In this document: positions 42,526 to 57,298 of the stretch, in pieces
Numbering within the stretch: the first letter of the stretch is position 1
Layout of the letters: each line of letters starts with the position of its first letter
Source of the DNA: Octopus vulgaris
Lineage: Eukaryota
Length of the DNA: 64,000 nt
Assembly: GCA_951406725.2 (NCBI GenBank)
Contig: OX597826.1
Location: 58,466,001 to 58,530,000 of the forward strand
Direction: 5' to 3'
Program-made: the position numbers and the translations under genes
Notes under the pieces: generated by a model
Database searches by the model: none
What the model was told of the DNA's origin: nothing
Seen by the model: only the letters and a program-made list of their open reading frames with translations

Positions 42526-44095
42526 GGGTCTGTGTGTGTGTGTGCGTGTTTGTAAGTGTGTTTGTATATGTGTAAGTGCAAATGTGTGTGTGTGTGTGTG
42601 TGTATGCGTGTATGTGGGTGTTTATGGATATATGCAGTTTCATTAAAAGGGTGCATGTTTACTGTCAGTGCATGTCTCGTACACTGGATGTTTGAATGCA
42701 CATTTCTAATATACAACCATGATGTATGCGTTTGTGTATTCGAGTACGTGCGTGTATTATTTGTGTGTATGCTTGTGCGTGTGTGTTTAGTGTGTGTATG
42801 TCTGTGGATGTATCCATGAGCTATGGAAGGGTGGGTGCTTGTATGCGAGTGTGTCTTTCTCTGAGTGTTTTGATAATTCATGTGTATATATGTACGTGTA
42901 TATTTATGTATGCATGTATGTATATACTTATATATATGTGTATGTATATATATGTGTATATGCATTTATGTATGCATGTATGTATGCATGTATGTATGTG
43001 TGTATGCATGTATGTATGTATGTATGTATGTATGTATGTATGTATGAATGCATGTATGTACGTATTATGTATGTATGTATGTATGTATGCATGTATGTAT
43101 GTATGTATGTGTATATTTATGTATGCATACATGTATGTATATACTTATATATATGTGTATGTATTTATATGTGTATATGCATGTATGTATGCATGTATGT
43201 ATGCATGTATGTATGCATGTATGTATGCATGTATGTATGCATGTATGTATGTGTATGTATGTATGTATGTATGTATGTATGCATGCATGTATGTATGTAT
43301 GTATGTATGTATGTATGTATGTATGTATGTATGTATGTATGTATGTATGTATGTATGTATGTTTGTATGTATGCATGTATGGATGTATGTATGTACGTGT
43401 ATATTTATGTACGTACATCAGACGTTTATATGTCCATGAAGAATATAATGTAATTGGACGTATCTTTGTGTGTGGCTGTGTGGTGTGGTATGTGTGTGTG
43501 TGTGTGTGCATATGAACGTGTGTGTGTGTGTATGTGATGTACAATATTACAATATATGGCAATGGCGATGAGGTGATACGTAATATTTGTTGCTTTTATG
43601 TGACTTCTCAGACGTAATGTATGATTATATGTGTGTGGGTGTTTATCTGCAGGTTTGAGCGCCCGTGGTTTTATGCGAATGCGGATGTGTCGTCTGCCTA
43701 CCTACATAATAAGACAATGTAAGAAGAAGAGAGCGAGAGAGAGAAAGAGAAAGAAAAGAGAGTCTTTGGCAAAGTGTAATATTTGCTGTTGGTAAGTTTA
43801 TGTATGTACGTATATGTGTGTGACAAGTTTGTTTATGTTCTTAATGTATATGTATGTATTTTCAGATATGTGTGTCATCATTTTGTGAATTCACATATAT
43901 AAATCTGTTTAAACGCACAGACACGCACGCGCGGCTAAGTTTATATTTATATACAAACATACATGCATGTATGCATATAATATATATGTATTTATACACG
44001 CACAGACACGCACATACATACGACCACAAACATATAGATATAAACATAAATAAACCGTGTGTATATATAAATATATACATACATATACATATACA

Positions 44096-44181
<86 letters not shown>

Positions 44182-44649
44182 TATATACATACATACAAAT
44201 ATATATATATATATGAATGCTCACATATATGCACATCTATACAAATGCATAAATATATATATATATATTTACATAACCACATACATACATACATTCATAC
44301 ATGCATACATACATATATATATACATACATATATTCATATATATATATATATATATATATATAAGCGTAGAAACATGTGTGTGTCTGTGTGTATATCTAC
44401 GTATTAAGTTGATGTACTTGATGTATCATATGCGTCTGTGTCTTTGATGCTGCATGTTTTAAATAATTAATTATCATACCATTAAATTTGTATCATTATT
44501 TCCTGGCCCTTTGTAGATCCCCAATTCCACGCGGATTAACATTCACCCGGATGATGGAATGAAACCATGGTATGGAATTAATGACATCGTTACTATATAC
44601 ACACATATACAGAGACCCACCACCACCACCACCTGCACACACACACACA

Positions 44650-44690
<41 letters not shown>

Positions 44691-44867
44691 GCACACACTC
44701 ACACGCGCTGATTTATATGGACGTGTGTATGTACAAATACATACATGCATACGTGCATATATACATATATACATATATATATATAGATAAATAAATACAT
44801 ACAAACGTGTATATTTATATATATATAACTATTGGAATATATGTGCATTCATATATATAAACGTGTA

Positions 44868-44899
<32 letters not shown>

Positions 44900-44927
44900 C
44901 CTATATGTATATATATATATATGTATA

Positions 44928-44960
<33 letters not shown>

Positions 44961-44985
44961 TATGTATATATATATACATACATAC

Positions 44986-45053
<68 letters not shown>

Positions 45054-45096
45054 CATACACGTTTATATATATGAATATATATATAATAGTTATATA

Positions 45097-45131
<35 letters not shown>

Positions 45132-45382
45132 GTAAAGACATATAGAACTGTATGAATATATATATATTCACACATATGTATATATATATCTACATATATA
45201 TACGTGTGTATGTATGCACATATATGCACGTACATATGTATGTATACACACACACACGTATATATAATGATAATGTATATATAATGATAATCCACATATC
45301 ATTGCATATACTATATTATATATATCAGTTGAAGTGAGGTGAATGTCCGCATGTGTTTTTATTTATGTGCACACAGACACTT

Positions 45383-45439
<57 letters not shown>

Positions 45440-45445
45440 CACAAT
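42525..45445. repeat. Long (TG)/(TATG)/(TA)/(CA) microsatellite region
   Basis: Directly visible, with short unique islands. Confidence 0.9.
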
Positions 45446-45856
45446 TACCTTTTTGTCTCTTCTTTGACATTTTACTAATTTTAGGTATTCCACAGAAGCC
45501 ATACTGGAGTAGCATCTAAAGGAATTTAGTGGATCATGTGGCCCTCTGCATGTATCTCTGATAATTATTTTTATCAATTTTTAACATTGGAAACGCACAC
45601 ACGTACATCCATTTGTATACATCGCTCTCTATGCATATATACATACTCTCTGTCGCTCCCTCTCACACGCACACACACGAATACGAACACATACACACAC
45701 ACACACACCGAGTTGTATAGTTCCAATAATACTTCATTATTGCAAGTAATACGACTCGACTTATGCGGATGCTCAAACAATGAAATAGAGTAGTTTCTTA
45801 TATTTGGCTAGAGTCGAAAGTTCTTGTAGCAATTTTCGTTTAGAGTGACAGAGTAC

Positions 45857-45897
<41 letters not shown>

Positions 45898-46086
45898 GAC
45901 GGTTGGCCATTATTTTTCTTCTTTCTTGTTTTTCTTTCGAACTTTCATATGTTTCCTGTTTCCAAAGAAGATTTCTGCTCGAAATATAAAACAACCACTC
46001 TTTTCATTCTCAGAGCATCTTATTAATACGTCCTCACGTTGCTGTATTCACTTTTGTTGTCTTTTTCTCCGTTTTTTTAATTAATC

Positions 46087-46153
<67 letters not shown>

Positions 46154-46169
46154 TATTTACTTATCAAAT

Positions 46170-46285
46170 CTAAAGTAAACAAAAGACGAAGACAGGTGAA
46201 GGAAAAACGAGCAGGTGTATTAGTTTGACGCTTGGGGAGAATGGAAAAGTCTTTGAAATTTCGAGCCTTCGCTCTTCAACAGATG
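46170..46285 (-). mobile_element. Probable Penelope-type terminal-repeat fragment with a hammerhead-like motif
   Basis: Reverse complement CTGTTGA-A-GAGC-gaag-GCTC-GAAA-TTTC resembles a minimal hammerhead core with an A6-to-U change. Confidence 0.45.
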
Positions 46286-46295
46286 AATGTATGTA

Positions 46296-47536
46296 CAGGA
46301 TGCAGTGAATAAATTGTTGTCAAATTACGCAAAAATAAAAATATCACTGACATCTCGTTTTAACAGATATATTTACAAAAATTAAGCACAAATATATTGA
46401 AATACTAAAGGTAAATTAATTCATTAAAATCGCCATTGGTTTCTACTACGGCCTCCAAACAACTTCGGAATCTCCTGTAACTCTTCTGGACAGTTGGTCA
46501 ATTCTTAAGTTGGTCAGTTCATCTTTGATGTTACAAGGGGTTTTGTTGATCTATTGCTCAACGGGGTTGCAGTCTGGGGAGTTAGGTGGCCAGATGTTAG
46601 GGATGATGTGGTCGCAGAAATTGTCTGACATCCATGACTGAGTTCTCCTGCTTGTGTGGCAGGATTCAGAGTCCTGTTGCCAGACATATGTTCTTCCAGC
46701 AACCACCCTCTTGAGCCAGAGCAGCACTCCTTCCTCCAGGCATTTGATATAGACCTCTGTGTTGAGTCTGAGGTCGTGTGGGAAGATGAATGGCGGCATA
46801 ACGTCGCCATCACTAGTGATCACTCCAAACACCATGATGTTGACTGGATGTTTGATTTTTATCACATTCGGTACATGTTTTGGGGACACGGCAAGCCAAC
46901 AGTTGTTCTGTGTGTTGACCATCTGATCCTGGCACAAAATATTCTCCTCTGAGAAAACCCAAAGCATGTTCGGTTAGAGGGGATGTTTGAGTTAGTTCAA
47001 ATGCTTCGTAGCGCGGTCTTTCTTGATGGCTTGGAATAAAAATTGGCCATTTTTCCTCTTGTATGAGGAATACCGAATGTCTTCATATACTACCTACCTG
47101 ATAAGAAACTGAGACACTCCCATGTCCCAGGCGATGGGTCTGATTGACTTGGAGGGATCGTTGTCAATCATGGCCTGGATCTCACCGACAAATTCAGGAG
47201 TTCTTTTCTTATCAGAACGACCAGACTGAGTTTTCCGAGCTGCCTTATCTTCGTAATCACCATTAGACTCATCCGACTCTTTCCGAATTCTCTGCTCTGA
47301 TTGACACCCAAACACTCTGAAATGTTCGTATTGGAGCTTCCGCCGCGGATGCCAGGCACTACAGCACGTCGTTTCCAAACTTCTGGCAAAACAAATTGCG
47401 TCATGGTGCTGTTTTTCTCATAGACAGTGCCCAACTGACCCTACTATACTGTGTAGTCGACAAAAATGAAAGACAAACAATGCACATGCGCTAAATTAAA
47501 AATATAAAATGGCGACAATTTACCCATCGCACCATG
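46296..47536 (-). mobile_element. Full-length decayed DD37D (maT-like) transposon, 1241 bp, TA TSD
   Basis: Degenerate TIRs caggatgcagtgaataaattgttgtca / reverse complement catggtgcgatgggtaaattgtcgcca; motifs WVFSEE, MVFGVITSDG, WQQDS and WPPNSPDCNP, with 37 residues between the second D and the next acidic position; frameshifts and stops. Confidence 0.9.
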
Positions 47537-47793
47537 TATGTATGTATGTATGTATGTATGTATGTATGTATGTATGTATGTGTGTATGTACGCGTGTGTG
47601 CATGTATGTATATTTGTATACACCTACACAGAAGCACGTACACATAGCCTACATGACATGAGTCTACAAAATCCGTCAACAATGTAACTGGTAGCCAAAA
47701 GTAGTTGCAATTTGTATGAATAAATTCTTTCTTCCTTTCCCCTTCTCTCTGTCTCTCTCTTCTCCTCTCTCTCGCCTCTCGCTTTCTACCTCC

Positions 47794-47887
<94 letters not shown>

Positions 47888-47984
47888 CTGTTGTTCTTTT
47901 ATCTGTCCAATATTTCGAGACCTAAAAGTCCCTACATCAGGGTTTAAGGAATTTCATAGGATAATGTTCCAGCTTCCTCAAACA

Positions 47985-49545
47985 CGCCATGCTTAAGCAG
48001 TCTATTTTTAGCATATTACTGAAACATAAGATGGTACTCCCTAATCTCTTCAAGAAAGAACACCTCATTCTAAACAACATGCGAATATGCGAGAGAAGGA
48101 CCTCGTAAACCTCCCTTCCGACAAAGGGAGAGCATTCTGCGTCATCTCGAGAGACACATACAACAACTTGGTATATGGGCACCTTAACAACAGTGAACTA
48201 CAAACAAAAGTGACAGACATTACTGCATCCCAGATTGAAGATCACGTCAACACCACCTGGATGGATATCTGCAGACGAAGACAACTCTCAACAAATATAA
48301 ACACAAACTCATCACCAGGAGCAGTAGATTACCAACGTTGTAACTATTCATAAAAACTCAAAAGCCAGTGTTAATCTACAGATCAGACGAATTGTCTCAG
48401 TATATAAGAACCCTTCTATATAATCTCTTGGCTCCGCTCCCTTCTCCTCAAGCCTATGCTTGTTACTGTTCCTAGATATGTTAGCAGCTCCGACGAAGTC
48501 ATACTAAGACTAAATCAAATACAACCTGACCGACTTGAACTCACCAGATATGCTTTTAGCTTCGACATTGTTTCCCTCTACACAAATGTATTCGTTCGTT
48601 CAGCGGTCAACTTAGTGACTGAGTGCATATACTGTTTCGACCTCATTCCACAAGACATACATCAGATTCAATCCGTCATCGTTGAAAATACATATTTCAC
48701 TTTCTACCACTACACATACAAACGAACAACAGGCCTACCCATGGGGCCCAGTCTTTCAGGCCTTCTAACCATTACCTATATGAACCAAGTGGAACGTCGA
48801 GCGCTCAACACCTGCCGCTCCTGTGTTTTCTTCACCCGATACATAAATGATATACTCATCCTCACACCATCCCGTGAAGAGGCTGACATAATATCTTCGA
48901 CATTTTCAAACACGGATAACAACATACGATTTACCACAGAACAAACCGAGAAAAATAGTTCCTTGTCTCTACTGGACTTCCAACTTAGAATAACAGATGA
49001 CGATACTATATGCACCAGCTTCGATATGAAAGCTGCTAACAGAGACCTGTTTGTGAATTATAGATCAGCCTTGGTGCTAAAACCGGATACATAAGAAATG
49101 AACTTATGCGAAATAAATGTAGCAAGACTGAAGACTAGATCACTCACACTGCATGCTTCATAGATGTACTGAAGATAAACGGATTCCCAACATCCACAAT
49201 CGACTTCAGAATCGAAGGCGCTGCAGGCATAAGACCTTCTCTAACACTTGCTTCACGAAATTACCACTTTTCAGCGAAAGCATAACTATCGCTATCCGCA
49301 AAGAAGGACTGGACATGCAGTCAGCACACTCTGGCCCTTCTCTGCGTGGAACCCTGTCTAAAAAGCAGTCCAGAGACAAACGACAATCGACGCTCGCTGA
49401 CTATCTGCCCTGTCCGCAGTACAGGCATGTGCCTGCAGACACATTTGGTATACCGGATTGGATGTAAGGAGTTCCATATTTGGAGCACGACTTGAACTCT
49501 CCCGCACCTCGACACACGCGCATCCTCATTCAAAAAGCACATTGA
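47985..49545 (+). mobile_element. Penelope-like retroelement ORF (RT plus GIY-YIG endonuclease), pseudogenised
   Basis: PSDKG...ISRDTY, SFDIVSLYTNV, GLPMGPSLS, TRYIND (YxDD decayed), FTTE...LSLLD; GIY-YIG relic LVYRIGCKEFHIWSTT*TL at 49445-49501. Confidence 0.92.
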
Positions 49546-49659
49546 CAAATGTAGAAATATCAGCCGTAGTAGAAAGGATTATCGTTATTGTTGTGGTTTT
49601 AGCTGTTGTAATAAATATTGTTTATAGTAGCAGTTGTAGAAATTCTATTTTATTAGGAA

Positions 49660-51560
<1,901 letters not shown>

Positions 51561-51689
51561 AACAGGATTCATTGTTTATTTAATTCTGTTGCCTGTGTTT
51601 TGTACTAATTTCATTGTGTATATCCTTACCAACAATTGTTTTCGTTGCCATCACTTCGCGTACTTCGTCCTTGCCATACTTATCTTCTT

Positions 51690-52315
51690 CATCGTCGACG
51701 TCGTCATCATCATCATCATCAACATTATCATCAGCATCATCAATGTCATCATCATCTCCTCTCATCATCATCATTTCCACCTCTCCCTAACGTCACAAGT
51801 ACCGCATTGACAACAGCCGGTGATATATGAAGACACCAACCTTCCTTCATAGCTCTATACCATCACCACAGACAAGACCACCTTCACTATCAACATCACC
51901 ACCACTTCAACCACCACCATTACCATCACTTTCACAACTACTAATTCCACCACTGTGAACACCACTAACATGACCATCACCCCCCACCATCAACACCACC
52001 ACCACCATCACTATCGTCACCACTAGTACAACCACCACCACCACCACCACCACCACCACCACCACCATCACAACCACCACTACCACAACCACCACCAACA
52101 TTATCACCACCACTACCACCGAAACCACCACCACACCACCACAAACATCACCATGACTATCGTCAGTTCGACGACGACGACGGCCACCTCCACCACGACC
52201 ACCATCACTATCGTCACCACGACCATCACGACCACCGCCACCACCACCACCAACACCATCACCATCACTATCGTCACGACGACGACGACGATCCACACCA
52301 CCACAACAACATGAA
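51690..52315. repeat. (CAT)/(CCA)/(CGA) degenerate tract with recurring accatcactatcgtcac
   Basis: The motif occurs at about 52004, 52150, 52201 and 52261. Confidence 0.8.
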
Positions 52316-52509
52316 CTAGTATCACCTCAATATTGCACAGATACTCCTCTTTTAGCAAGACACAATCTCATACATACTTAAGTATGCCACAAATTCTCTC
52401 TCTCTCTCTCACAGACACACACATACATGCACACAAACACAAACATGCATACACACACATATATGCATACACACACACGCACACATGCAGAACAATATAC
52501 GCATCCAAC

Positions 52510-52765
52510 CACATACGTCTTCACTATAACAACACTCGAGGTCCACTCTTGTGTCCTGTTCAATGTCTGCAACAGGCGGAAGTAACGGTTTGTCAGGAAA
52601 GTCAAAAACTCTCCTAAGATGGCGCTGGTGAATACTAGAGGAAGTGGAGAGAGGAACTCTCTGGTTTCTTGTAAGAAATGTCGGTGACGCCAATTTGTAT
52701 AAACAAACATTTCTTTAGAACTTTCGATTCCATTCTAGTCGCAATGGCCATTGTTTGGGCGGAAG
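52510..52765. promoter_or_regulatory. Promoter-like unique island or candidate first exon
   Basis: ETS-like ggcggaagt (~52575) and aggaagtg; YY1-like aagATGgcg (~52616); + reading MALVNTRGSGERNSLVS then T|GTAAGA; - donor C|GTATGT at 52516. Confidence 0.4.
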
Positions 52766-52773
52766 AAGAGGAG

Positions 52774-52776
<3 letters not shown>

Positions 52777-52847
<71 letters not shown>

Positions 52848-53050
52848 GGTGGTGGTGGTGGTGGTGGTGGTGGTAAAGGGGTGGTCGGAGGTGGAGGTGA
52901 GAGGAAAGTATGAAGTAGAGGAAGAAAATGACGAAGAAAAAGAAGGTGAAGAAGACGAAGAAGAAGTAGAAGAAGAAGAAGAAGAAGAAGAAGTAGAAGA
53001 AGAAGAAGAAGAAGACGAAGAAGAAGAAGAAGAAGAAGAAGAAGAAGAAC
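52777..53050. repeat. (GTA)/(GTG)/(GAA) arrays
   Basis: Directly visible. Confidence 0.9.
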
Positions 53051-53498
53051 ACGCGGAGGCGAGGGGCGAAAAAACAGAAGAAAGTGAGAACAAAAAGAAG
53101 ATAAAAACGAAGAAAATATAAATCAGAGAAATATAAGAAAGAAGTTACGACTAAAAGAAAATGTCGGATGATAAATCAAATATACATATTGATTGATATA
53201 ATTCATATATATTATTTTCTTAATTGCAAGTGTGGTTCTCGAAGCAGAAATATAGGTAAAGTGCATGTAAATATTCGGATAAAATACACCTGAAGATAGA
53301 AAAGTTCGAAGTCTGTGAATGGACATCAACAACCGATATCTGCATTTTAAAGGTTCCGAGATTTTGTTTTATAAATAGTGTTTTTAACTCAATGTTTACA
53401 CGCTATTCTTTATAGCACCTCTGCTTCGAGATACAATATTCCAAATTAAATTTATCGTGCGGTTCCTAGCAATTTAAAAATTCTTATGAAGTGATCGA

Positions 53499-53548
<50 letters not shown>

Positions 53549-53572
53549 CACATATACAGTATGTAGTGTATG

Positions 53573-53642
<70 letters not shown>

Positions 53643-53671
53643 TATATATACATATATATACATATATACAT

Positions 53672-53808
53672 ACGCCACCATTTCCTTCGGAGCCTCTTCG
53701 AGCTTTTAGGTGTTTTCGCTCAATAAATACTCATAACGCCTGGTCTGGGAATCGAAACTGCGATCCCATGACCGCGAATCTGCTGCACTGGGCCAATGCG
53801 CCTCCACA
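53672..53808 (-). mobile_element. 5' portion of the 33032 SINE family
   Basis: cgccaccatttccttcggagcc...gaccgcgaatctgctgc...tgcgcctccac. Confidence 0.8.
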
Positions 53809-53818
53809 TATATACATA

Positions 53819-53981
<163 letters not shown>

Positions 53982-54019
53982 ATATATATATATATAATAT
54001 ATATATATATATATAAGCT

Positions 54020-54447
54020 AAATCCTGATTAGCATTTCGTCTGTCATGCGAACGATTCCGCCAGCTCGCCACCTTGGAAACAGAAGTGATATTCTTTTCT
54101 ATTAGGCACAAGGCCCGAAATTCTTGGGAAGGTGGCCAGTCGATTAGATCGACTCCAGTACGAAACTGGTACTTGATTTATCGACCTCAAAAGATGAAAG
54201 GCAAAGTCGACCTCGGCTGAATTTGAACTCAGAACGGAACGGCAGACGAAATACGGCTACACATTTCGCGTAGCCGTATTAAGTCGAATACATCGACCCC
54301 AGTGCGTAACTGGTACTTAATTTATCGACCCCGAAAGGATGAAAGGCAAAGTCGACCTCGGCGGAATTTGAACTCAGAACGTAGCGGCAGACGAAATACT
54401 GCTAAGCATGTCGCTCGGCGTGCTAACGTTTCTGCTAGCTCGCCGCC
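54020..54447 (-). mobile_element. Tandem Meta-like SINE pieces (head fragment, tail-B copy, tail-less copy)
   Basis: Two central blocks at about 54170-54240 and 54300-54385. Confidence 0.88.
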
Positions 54448-54484
54448 TTAAACAGAAGTAATATTAATAAAGTGAGAGAGAATC

Positions 54485-54700
54485 CAGTGAGCTGACAGAA
54501 TCGTAAGCTTGCGGGGCACAATGCACGGCGCATTTCGTCTGTCTCTGTTCTGAGTTCAAATTCCGCCGAGGTCGACTTTGACTTTTATATTTCGAAGTCG
54601 ATAAAATACGTACCAGTGGAGCACTGGGATTGATGTACTCCACTTACATCCCGACCCCCACGAAATTGCTGGCCTTGTGCCAAAATTTGGAACCAATATT
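54485..54700 (+). mobile_element. Meta-like SINE, tail B
   Basis: gagctgacagaatcg...ttctgagttcaaattccgccgaggtcgacttt...ggccttgtgccaaaatttgga. Confidence 0.85.
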
Positions 54701-54769
54701 AATGACGAGAGAGAGAGAGAGAGAGGAAGTGTGTGTAATATACATACACATAAACACACGCAAAAATAT

Positions 54770-55003
54770 TCTATTCTTTTACTTGTTTCAGTCATTTCAC
54801 TGCGGCCACGCTGGAGCATCACATTGAAGGGTTTTTAGTCGAAAAAGTCGACGCCAGGATTTTTCAAGGCCTAGTCCTTATTCTATCGGTATCTCTTGCC
54901 GAAACGGTATGTTACGCGGACATTAAGACATTAACACTGGTTGTCAGCGGTGATCGGGGCCAAACAAACATAAAGACACATACACAGACACATAAATATA
55001 TAC

Positions 55004-55067
<64 letters not shown>

Positions 55068-55136
55068 GTATATATGTATATAAATACATACATACATACA
55101 TACATACATACATACATACATACATACATACATACA

Positions 55137-55168
<32 letters not shown>

Positions 55169-55569
55169 CATATGAATATATATGCCAAAAATTGTGAAGC
55201 ATGACTGTCACCACTACTACATGAACCTGAAGATTGCATAATTCAATACATAAAAGTACTAGTTCAATCAGAATGAGCATTTAACATTCTATTATTTTAT
55301 TTTATCTTATTATATTATATTATCTTATATTATATCATTATAAGATTGTAAATAAAACGTGAAAATCAGACAAGGTTGGAATTCCTTTTATTGATATATA
55401 TATATACGACGAGCTTCTTTCAGTTTCGTCTACCAAATCCACCCACAAAGCTTCGGTCGGCCCGAGGTTATAGTAGAAGACTCTTGCCCAAGAAGACCCG
55501 CTGTGGGACTGAAACCGGAACCATACGGTTGGGAAGCAAGCTTCTTACCATACATCCATGCCTGCGCCT
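54770..55569 (-). mobile_element. CORE-like SINE halves (3' 54770-54990; 5' 55405-55569) separated by microsatellite and AT-rich DNA
   Basis: Both halves align to 56233-56622. Confidence 0.82.
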
Positions 55570-56232
55570 ATATATGTATGAATGCATGTATGTTTTCTGA
55601 TATATTCCCAATTATTTTGGGTCTTGTTTATTTCTTTGTTTTTTTTTATTTTTTGTTTTTTACATACATTTTTCTTTTTTTTCATTTACTTCCGCCTTCC
55701 TTAAATTTTTCTTTACACGATATTTGAAATCTCACTTGATGTATTTCCGTGTTGATTCATCTCCCTTTCATTTGTCATTACGTCTATCACTTCACGCCCT
55801 GAATTGAGAGGTGAACATATAAGAATGCGTGGAGTGGATATCATGAGAACGCATGTACATACAAACACACACGATATAAACACGCACACACAAAAACACA
55901 CACACTCACGAAAACACACGTACACACGAGCACACACATACACATGTATATATTCCTAAATGCACACATATAGTTTTGATTTTATTTCTGCATATTTCCT
56001 AAAGTATTTTGAGCCAGTGTTGTAAGTTACGATTTTTCGCATCTGAACTCGTTTGTGTAAATAATGCGATCGAAGACAGTAAAATAGGTAATCGGAGCAT
56101 ATGCATACTTCAAGAGTTATCGTTCCTTCTTTAGCACCGCATCAAACCCACTAGCTACGCAAGAACACTCCGCTTAAATAGCCAACAAATTTAGCGGAAT
56201 TTACATGTTTACACTTTCCTGGCAAATTTTAC

Positions 56233-56622
56233 ATACTCTTTTACATGTTTCAGTCATTTGACTGCGGCCATGCTGGAGCACCGCCTTTAGTCGAGCAAAT
56301 CGACCCCGGAACTTATTCTTTGTAAGCCCAGTACTTATTCTATCGGTCTCTTTTGCCGAACCGCTAAGTGACGGGGACGTAAACACACCAGCATCGGTTG
56401 TCAAGCAATGCTAGGGAGACAAACACAGACACACACATATACATATATATACATATATACGACAGGCTTCTTTCAGTTTCCGTCTACCAAATCCACTCAC
56501 AAGACACTGGTCGGCCCGGGGCTATAGCAGAAGACACTTGCCCAAGATGCCACGCAGTGGGACTGAACCCGAAACCATGTGGCTGGTTAGCAAGCTACTT
56601 ACCACACAGCCACTCCTGCGCC
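56233..56622 (-). mobile_element. CORE-like tRNA SINE, full length
   Basis: Head ggcgcaggagtggctgtgtggtaag (A-box-like), gggttcagtccc (B-box-like), CORE-like cttgggcaagtgtctt, tail gactgaaacatgtaaaagagt. Confidence 0.92.
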
Positions 56623-57056
56623 TATTGTTTGCAGGGACACCGTATTTTGTTTTTCAACCTCAACACACCATCAATTATATATAAAGGGTTATAAGTCCAA
56701 TAGTGTGTCGAACTTTCTGTGTTAGCAGTGCGTTGTTTTCATTTGCAACTTTATCTCTACAGATTTTCTATAGAATTTATGTAGAATTTTCTATAGAATT
56801 ATCTATGTATCTGTCTGTCTTCTGTCTGTTTGTCTGTCTGTATCTACCAGAGTACCTTGCTTGAAAGTTAAAATTTTTTCTGCTACTCTGCTGGTTCATA
56901 TGCTCGTACTTGCACATATGAGCATCCGCACAGTACCCTTACAATACATAAACACAGACATACATACACACGTACATACATGCATGCATACATACATACA
57001 TACATACATACATACATACATACATGCATACATACATATATACATACATACATACA

Positions 57057-57105
<49 letters not shown>

Positions 57106-57182
57106 GTATGTACGGAGTAAACACATAAATGTGAAACAAGGTGGAAAAAAGAGTACTCAAATACCAGGGGTAGAGTAATATG

Positions 57183-57298
57183 CTTTATTTAAAAGCAGCA
57201 GAAATTCAACAAAACCTGTTACTCGGAGTTTCACGTTCCCGGGAACGTGAAACTCCGAGTAACAGGTTTTGTTGAATTTCTGCTGCTTTTAAATAAAG
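57183..57298. repeat. Perfect 116-bp palindrome (58-bp arms, no spacer)
   Basis: 57241-57298 is the exact reverse complement of 57183-57240; centre ...gttccc|gggaac... Confidence 0.97.

Noticed and set aside
56755-56805. ttctatagaa palindromes (STAT/HSE-like)
   Set aside because: Short AT-rich duplication; expected by chance.
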